Positions 58,341 through 64,000 of a DNA stretch of 64,000 nucleotides are shown piece by piece; positions within the stretch are counted from its first letter, which is position 1, and every line of letters starts with the position of its first letter. Origin of the DNA: an uncultured Nitrososphaeria archaeon. Lineage in GTDB: Archaea; Thermoproteota; Nitrososphaeria_A; Caldarchaeales; Wolframiiraptoraceae. The DNA is taken from assembly GCA_964451435.1 (NCBI GenBank), contig CAYVHW010000001.1, positions 740-64,739 of the forward strand. Direction: 5' to 3'. The translations under genes and the position numbers were made by a program. Below the pieces are notes generated by a model. The model had not been told where the DNA came from, did not search any database, and worked only from the letters and a program-made list of their open reading frames with translations.

Positions 58341-58811
58341 ATGCCATACATCTACGCCGATCCATCGAGGTGCACTGGATGCGAGATATGCGTCTTAACA
58401 TGTTCATTCACATACTTCAAGGTCCTAAATCCGAAAAAGGCTAGGTTGAGGGTCGTGAGGATGGAGCCCGCAATAGATCTAGTGATCGCTTGCAGGAATT
58501 GTGAGAAGGCGCCGTGTATGGAGGCGTGTCCAAACGAAGCCATCAAAAGAACATCTAAGGGGATAATCGTGATAGATGAAGGGAGATGCGATGGATGTGG
58601 AAGATGCATCGAGGCATGTCCCTTAGACGCCATCCACATACCCCCCAATGGGAGAGCCCCGATAAAGTGCGTGGCCTGCGGAGCATGTGTTCAAGCATGC
58701 CCCGTGGGATGTCTCAAGATAGCTTATAGCTTTGAGGAGGCGTTTGAGAAGCGAAGGAACTATGCTGAGAGACTTAAGGAAATAGTCTTGAACTTGAGGA
58801 GTGGTGGATAG
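58341..58811 (+). CDS. 4x[4Fe-4S] ferredoxin-like subunit
   Basis: Four Cys-cluster motifs. Confidence 0.9.
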   Translation: MPYIYADPSRCTGCEICVLTCSFTYFKVLNPKKARLRVVRMEPAIDLVIACRNCEKAPCMEACPNEAIKRTSKGIIVIDEGRCDGCGRCIEACPLDAIHIPPNGRAPIKCVACGACVQACPVGCLKIAYSFEEAFEKRRNYAERLKEIVLNLRSGG

Positions 58812-58898
58812 CTAGGATCCATTAGCTCGGTCAAAATCTTCGATTCAAGTTGGAGATTGGATAGATTTTATATGGGGCGATTCACCGACTTATTCGGC

Positions 58899-60812
58899 AT
58901 GCGGTATAAGGGGTATGCTGGTAGAATTCTCTGGATAAATCTAACCCATGAGAAGGTTAGGGTCGAGGATTTCCCGGAGAAACTCGCGGAAAGATATCTC
59001 GGAGGATCTGGAATATGCGCGAGAATACTCTACGACCTAATCAAGCCCGGAATAGATCCACTCAGCCCAGAGAACGTCTTGATGTTCGCGACCGGGCCAT
59101 TAACCGGAACCCTCTTCCCCCAAGCATGTAGGTATACGGTCGCGGCGAAGTCTCCATTAACGGGTATTTGGGGAGAGTCTCATGCAGCTGGACACTGGGC
59201 TCCAGAGCTGAAGTTCGCGGGCTATGATGCGATAATATTTCTCGGGAGGGCGTCTAAGCCCGTCTATCTCTGGATAGATGACGATGAGGTTGAGATCAAG
59301 GATGCTGGAGAGATTTGGGGGAGAACGGTCCTAGAGACCGACGACATCCTAAGAGAAGAGCATGGAAATGATGTTAAGGTTGCTTGCATAGGTCCCGCTG
59401 GAGAGAACTTGGTCAGATATGCGGCGATAATGAATGATAGGTATAGGGCTGCTGCTAGATCTGGGATTGGGGCGGTTATGGGGAGCAAGAACCTAAAGGC
59501 CATAGCGGTGAGAGGCTCAAGGGACATCGAGGTCGCGGATCCAGAAGCATATATGGAGCATGTTAGGAGATGGCATCGAAAGATGCTCAGCCACCCATTC
59601 ATGCCCGATAGGGCGAAGTATGGGACAACTAACTTGATCGAGCTTATGCAGAAGATCGGGAGGTTGCCAACCTATAATCTCCGTCAAGGGGTCTTCGACG
59701 AATACTATAAGATCGGCGGGGAGATCATTTACAGGAAATATCTCATTAAGCCCGTAGCTGACTTCGCGTGCCTCCAGAGATGTGGGAGATACACGGCGGT
59801 CTATAATGAGCCCTATAGGTGCATGGGCGGCGGCCCCGAGTATGAGACCCTCTGCTCCCTAGGATCGAGGTGCGGGATATCGAATATCGAGGCGATCCTA
59901 TACGGGAATTGGCTCTGCAACAATCTGGGACTCGACTCTGTCTCCGCCGGCGGAACGATCTCATGGGCGATGGAATGCTATGAGCTTGGCCTGATATCGA
60001 GGGATGAGCTGGATGGACTCGACCTAAGATTCGGTAATGAGGAGGCGATGATCGAGCTACTCATAAAGATCGCTTATAGGAAGGGGGTTGGAGACCTATT
60101 GGCGGAGGGGAGCTGGAGGGTTGCGAAGAAGATCGGCAGGGGAACCGAAAGATACGTGATGCACGTCAAGGGCCAGGAGATAGCATCTCAGGAGCCTAGA
60201 GCCCAGAAGTCCATGGGTCTGGCCATAGCCACGGCCGCGAGGGGGGCGGATCACCTCTATGGGTTCCCGGTCTTGGATGAGGTCGGTTTCGAGAAGGAGA
60301 TTAGGGAGAGGTTTGGGGAGGAGTATCTGCCCGAGATCGCCGATAGGCTGAATCCGAAGTATAAGGGGTTCATGGTTAAGGAGTGCGAGGACTATATGGC
60401 CGTGGTGGAGGCGGTTGGGGTATGCAAGTATGGAACCCAGATCCCCCCAGTCTTCTACTATCAAGACATAGTGGATGCATTGAGGGTCACATGTGGAATG
60501 GATGTAGATGTCAGAAAGCTCAAATTGATTGGGGAGAGGATAGTGAACCTGAATCGAGCATTCAACATCAGAGAAGGAGTAAGTAGGAGGGATGACACCC
60601 TACCCGAGAGGTTAACGAAGGTTCCAGCCCCCCTAGGGCCGGCCAAGGGCCACGTCGTCGAACTAGATCAGATGCTTGACGAATACTATCGATGTAGGGG
60701 ATGGGATCTAGAGACCGGTAAGCCGACCTATGAGAAATTAGTCTCACTAGGATTGGAGGATGTCGCAGAGGATCTATTGAGGAAAGGATTGATAAGGAAG
60801 GCTGAGACCTAA
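58899..60812 (+). CDS. Tungsten AOR family enzyme 3
   Basis: MRYKGYAGR start matches both paralogues; own TATA (TTTTATAT, about 58866); KSPLTG, GPEYE and ADHL motifs. Confidence 0.92.
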   Translation: MRYKGYAGRILWINLTHEKVRVEDFPEKLAERYLGGSGICARILYDLIKPGIDPLSPENVLMFATGPLTGTLFPQACRYTVAAKSPLTGIWGESHAAGHWAPELKFAGYDAIIFLGRASKPVYLWIDDDEVEIKDAGEIWGRTVLETDDILREEHGNDVKVACIGPAGENLVRYAAIMNDRYRAAARSGIGAVMGSKNLKAIAVRGSRDIEVADPEAYMEHVRRWHRKMLSHPFMPDRAKYGTTNLIELMQKIGRLPTYNLRQGVFDEYYKIGGEIIYRKYLIKPVADFACLQRCGRYTAVYNEPYRCMGGGPEYETLCSLGSRCGISNIEAILYGNWLCNNLGLDSVSAGGTISWAMECYELGLISRDELDGLDLRFGNEEAMIELLIKIAYRKGVGDLLAEGSWRVAKKIGRGTERYVMHVKGQEIASQEPRAQKSMGLAIATAARGADHLYGFPVLDEVGFEKEIRERFGEEYLPEIADRLNPKYKGFMVKECEDYMAVVEAVGVCKYGTQIPPVFYYQDIVDALRVTCGMDVDVRKLKLIGERIVNLNRAFNIREGVSRRDDTLPERLTKVPAPLGPAKGHVVELDQMLDEYYRCRGWDLETGKPTYEKLVSLGLEDVAEDLLRKGLIRKAET

Positions 60813-60829
60813 TGCATGCAATATGCTGA

Positions 60830-61783
60830 TCATGTCTTTAATATGATCTTCAGGGTTTCTCGGTTCATCGCCTTCTCAAATGCCTCCTCCCACCTCTCAA
60901 TTGGATAGACTCCATCTATCATGTAGTCGACCTTCACGAGCTTCTCCTTCAAAGCCCTTAGAGCTGGTTTAAATGGCCCACATCTAGACCCGATCAACCT
61001 TATCTCATTCACCACGATCTCCGATAAGGGTATCCTCGAAGGCTTGGCGGTCGTGGTCTTTAGCACCAAGAAGCCCATGGGCTTAACGAGCTTAACCGCC
61101 TCCATTATCGCGTCAGGATTTCCAGTAGCATCTACAACGACATCAAACTTCACGCTTTGATCAAGCTCATCTATGGTTGAGGCGTTTATCCCAAGCCTCC
61201 TCAAAAGCTCCAACTTCCTCTGATGTCTTCCAACCACAATTAAATCCACATAATATCTCAAGACCTGAGCTATCAGTTGCCCCAATCTACCGTCTCCAAG
61301 GAGCAAAGCCTTCCATGAAGGCTTTAGGGGAATTTGGTTCGGGATCTCGTATGCGGCTGCCAACGGCTCGGTGAAGACAGCTTCAAGGTCTGATACCTCA
61401 TCTGGAACTATGTGGAGATTCTTTTCAGGTAGGGTTAGGTATTCTGCGAATGCTCCATCCTTACCCCTGATCCCAAGAGCCAGCCTATTAGTGCAATGCT
61501 TCTCTAGTCCCTTTTTGCAGAACTCGCATTCACCGCATCCAATGTTTATCTCGCCTACGACTCTCTTGCCGATAAGCTCTTTATTATCGGAGTCCTCGAC
61601 CACCCCGACGAACTCATGGCCTAAAACCCCCTTAAACCCGGTATATCCTCTCAAGATCTCTAGATCGGTTCCACAGATCCCAGCATATCGAACCCTTATC
61701 AAAGCTTCACCCGATCTCCTCTTAGGTTTTGGATAATCGGCATGGAGCTCGATCCTCTCACCGTTAAAGTATAGGGCTTTCAT
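60830..61783 (-). CDS. Zn-dependent medium-chain dehydrogenase/reductase
   Basis: GICGTD, GHEFVG, C-x2-C-x2-C-x7-C and GDGRLG motifs. Confidence 0.88.
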   Translation of the reverse strand: MKALYFNGERIELHADYPKPKRRSGEALIRVRYAGICGTDLEILRGYTGFKGVLGHEFVGVVEDSDNKELIGKRVVGEINIGCGECEFCKKGLEKHCTNRLALGIRGKDGAFAEYLTLPEKNLHIVPDEVSDLEAVFTEPLAAAYEIPNQIPLKPSWKALLLGDGRLGQLIAQVLRYYVDLIVVGRHQRKLELLRRLGINASTIDELDQSVKFDVVVDATGNPDAIMEAVKLVKPMGFLVLKTTTAKPSRIPLSEIVVNEIRLIGSRCGPFKPALRALKEKLVKVDYMIDGVYPIERWEEAFEKAMNRETLKIILKT

Positions 61784-61840
61784 CGGATACGGAATCGTTT
61801 CCGGATTTATAAGATTAGTTCTGGAATCGATCTAACTCCT

Positions 61841-62689
61841 TCATCCATGAGATCCATGGCCTCCCCTCAAGATGTCTAAGAACTCCTCCACGAACTCCAT
61901 CGTCCTAATCGTATTTGTTGGGATGCCATAATCCTTTAGATCCTCAGACAATAGCGTTACCTGAAGGGGCGATAGGCCGGCGTCGATCAATAACCTCTTA
62001 TCAGAGATTATCTCCTTCGCCGAGCCATCCGCAAACTTCTTGCCATCCTTCAAGATTATTATCCTCTCGGCGAACTCGGCTGCGAGGTATAGGTCATGGG
62101 TTATTACCATGACAGTCTTACCGCGGTCCCTAAACCTTTGAAGCAACCTCATTATCTGAAGGCTTCTCCCAAAGTCTATTCCAGTCGTAGGCTCATCGAG
62201 TATCAGGAACTCGGGCTCCATGGCTAGGACCGAAGCTATCGCAACCCTATGCTTCTCGCCGACGCTTAGGAGGTGGGGGAACGCGTTTAGAGGCTTCTTC
62301 AAGTCGACGAACTTTAAGGATTCCTCAACCCTCCGCTTAACATCCTCTTCAGGTATCCCTAGGTTTCTGGGCCCGAAGGCTATCTCCTCGAATATGGTTG
62401 AGGCGAAGATCTGATGCTCTGGATTCTGGAAAACGTATCCAACTATCCTCGCGCACTCCGCGACGGTCATCTTCTTAGTATCCTTCCCCTTGATGAGAAC
62501 CGTTCCCTCAGTCGGCTTAAGCAATCCATTCATGAGCTTCGCGAGAGTGGTCTTTCCAGACCCGTTCTGACCCAATAACGCTATGAACTCCCCCGGCTTA
62601 ATGCTCAAGCTCACACCATCTATCGCCTTAACCCCTCCTGGATAGACGTAGCTCACATCCCTAACCTCAACTATGGCCTGCTCCTTCAT
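61841..62689 (-). CDS. ECF transporter ATPase (EcfA2)
   Basis: GQNGSGKT, VFQNPEHQ, EEIAFGPRNLG and LSVGEK motifs. Confidence 0.9.
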   Translation of the reverse strand: MKEQAIVEVRDVSYVYPGGVKAIDGVSLSIKPGEFIALLGQNGSGKTTLAKLMNGLLKPTEGTVLIKGKDTKKMTVAECARIVGYVFQNPEHQIFASTIFEEIAFGPRNLGIPEEDVKRRVEESLKFVDLKKPLNAFPHLLSVGEKHRVAIASVLAMEPEFLILDEPTTGIDFGRSLQIMRLLQRFRDRGKTVMVITHDLYLAAEFAERIIILKDGKKFADGSAKEIISDKRLLIDAGLSPLQVTLLSEDLKDYGIPTNTIRTMEFVEEFLDILRGGHGSHG

Positions 62690-63533
62690 CCAAAACCCCC
62701 CTTAAGATGCTTGATGCCTCCCTCAAGGATATTGGGATTGTTGGGAGATTTACCCCAGATCTCATGAGATTATATGCTATCTCGGAGACTTGAGGCGGTC
62801 TGAAGCCCGCCCTCTCAGGTCTAATCTCCCTTGAGAAGACCTCCTTAGGATCTCCCTCCAAGACTATTCTCCCCTCATTCATGACAACTATCCTATCTAC
62901 ATACTCGACGGCCCACTCAATCCTATGCTCAACGGCTAAGATCGTCGTATCGAATTCCCTGCGGAGCTTGAGGATCAAGTCTGTCACACGCTTAGTCCCT
63001 TGCGGATCGAGCTGGGACGTAGGCTCATCCAAGATTATGACTCTAGGTCTAAGGGCTAGAACCGATGCTATCGCCAAGGCTTGCTTCTGGCCGCCGGATA
63101 GGCTTGCGGGGGACCTATTCTCTAGACCGCTCAACCCAACGACCTCCAACACCTCCTTAACTCTCCTCTCGATCTCATCTTTTGGAAGCCCAAAGTTCTC
63201 CAAGGGGAAAGCGACCTCCTCATAAACAGATGTCGTGACGAGCTGCATCTCCGGATTCTGGAAGACTATCGTGACATACTTCGCTAGATCGGTTGGAGAG
63301 GCGGTTAGGGGATCTAGATCGAAGACCTTTACGCTCCCCTTAACCTCAGCCTTAATCACCCTAGGGATTATCCCCATTATCGTATAGCATAGGGTTGTCT
63401 TCCCACACCCACTAGGTCCCATCAAGATCACAAACTCTCCCTCATTTATCCTCAGCGATAATCCCTTCACCGCATAATCTTCCTCCTCTCTATATCGAAC
63501 CCATAGATCATCTATCCTTATCGCCGTGCCCAC
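62667..63533 (-). CDS. ECF transporter ATPase (EcfA1)
   Basis: GPSGCGKT, VFQNPE, LSGGQKQ and DEPTSQLDP motifs. Confidence 0.9.
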   Translation of the reverse strand: MGTAIRIDDLWVRYREEEDYAVKGLSLRINEGEFVILMGPSGCGKTTLCYTIMGIIPRVIKAEVKGSVKVFDLDPLTASPTDLAKYVTIVFQNPEMQLVTTSVYEEVAFPLENFGLPKDEIERRVKEVLEVVGLSGLENRSPASLSGGQKQALAIASVLALRPRVIILDEPTSQLDPQGTKRVTDLILKLRREFDTTILAVEHRIEWAVEYVDRIVVMNEGRIVLEGDPKEVFSREIRPERAGFRPPQVSEIAYNLMRSGVNLPTIPISLREASSILRGVLDEGAGHS

Positions 63534-63539
63534 CCCGTC

Positions 63540-64000
63540 TCACCACCAGATTGGGATCCTGGTTAATATGATGAGTGAGATTATGTAAACGGCGATGAGC
63601 ATGCATAGCATGAATGTGTCGTAGAGCCTCCACCTCAACTCCCTAGAGAACGTCCTAGTCTTCATCACCCCAAAGCCCTTACTATCTAAGGCGACTCCAA
63701 GCTCCAATGCGCTCCTCATCATCCTTATCATTAGGGGCACGAAGATCGCTATATACTTCCTTATCCTGCTCGGGATGCTCCCCTTCTCAAGCTCAAGCGC
63801 CCTAGACTTCTGCGCATCCGTTATCGTCCTTATCTCGACTATGACTGTTGGAAGGAATCTAAAGGCGAGGATCGGAATATATGCGAGCCTATATGGGAGC
63901 TTCCATCTAACGAGAGCTTGAAAGAGGTCTCCAGGTCTAGATGTTATGAATATCACCGCTATGGCAATTATGGGGCTTAAGACGAGAAATGCCTTGCTGA
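63540..64000 (-). CDS. ECF transporter T component (5' partial)
   Basis: AFRFLP, AQKSRA and ALDSKGF motifs; frame stays open to the window end. Confidence 0.88.
   Translation of the reverse strand, partial: SKAFLVLSPIIAIAVIFITSRPGDLFQALVRWKLPYRLAYIPILAFRFLPTVIVEIRTITDAQKSRALELEKGSIPSRIRKYIAIFVPLMIRMMRSALELGVALDSKGFGVMKTRTFSRELRWRLYDTFMLCMLIAVYIISLIILTRIPIWW

Noticed and set aside
153..63225. Numerous antisense or overlapping ORFs in the track (e.g. 4803-5492, 38787-39392, 5375-5857)
   Set aside because: Ser/Pro/Leu-rich shadows of well-supported genes, with no recognisable motifs.
1..64000. Transposases, integrases, viral genes, inteins, rRNA
   Set aside because: None were recognised, and protein lengths match their families.

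Overview
Gene-dense window from a thermophilic TACK-type archaeon; the lineage (Caldarchaeales/Bathyarchaeia-like) is only an inference from protein style. It holds the rearranged tail of the spc ribosomal cluster (rpl15, secY, DUF106, rpl34e, an inverted cmk, with rpl14e-cbf5 about 28 kb away), NAD salvage genes, a surface Asp-box protein with a peptide-type ABC importer, and a frameshifted orphan N4-C DNA methyltransferase. It also holds PiT phosphate transport, tRNA-Ser(GGA), a nucleoside ABC importer with uridine phosphorylase, glmS fused in an operon to a GNA1-like acetyltransferase, an AT-richer sugar/glycerophosphodiester ABC island, two MoeA genes, and a TudS-like gene with a Cys-less paralogue. 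The main finding is a 16 kb cluster (44.5-60.8 kb). It looks like an archaeal counterpart of the bacterial anaerobic purine (2,8-dioxopurine, yge/ygf) degradation pathway, with YgeW-, HyuA-, SsnA- and YgfK-like proteins. It has no Mo-xanthine dehydrogenase, YgeY or YgeX. Instead it has three paralogous tungsten AOR-family enzymes with ferredoxin subunits, a second carbamoyltransferase and a divergent threonine-synthase-like PLP enzyme. All family calls come from motifs recognised by eye and from remembered reference sequences; no database search was run.
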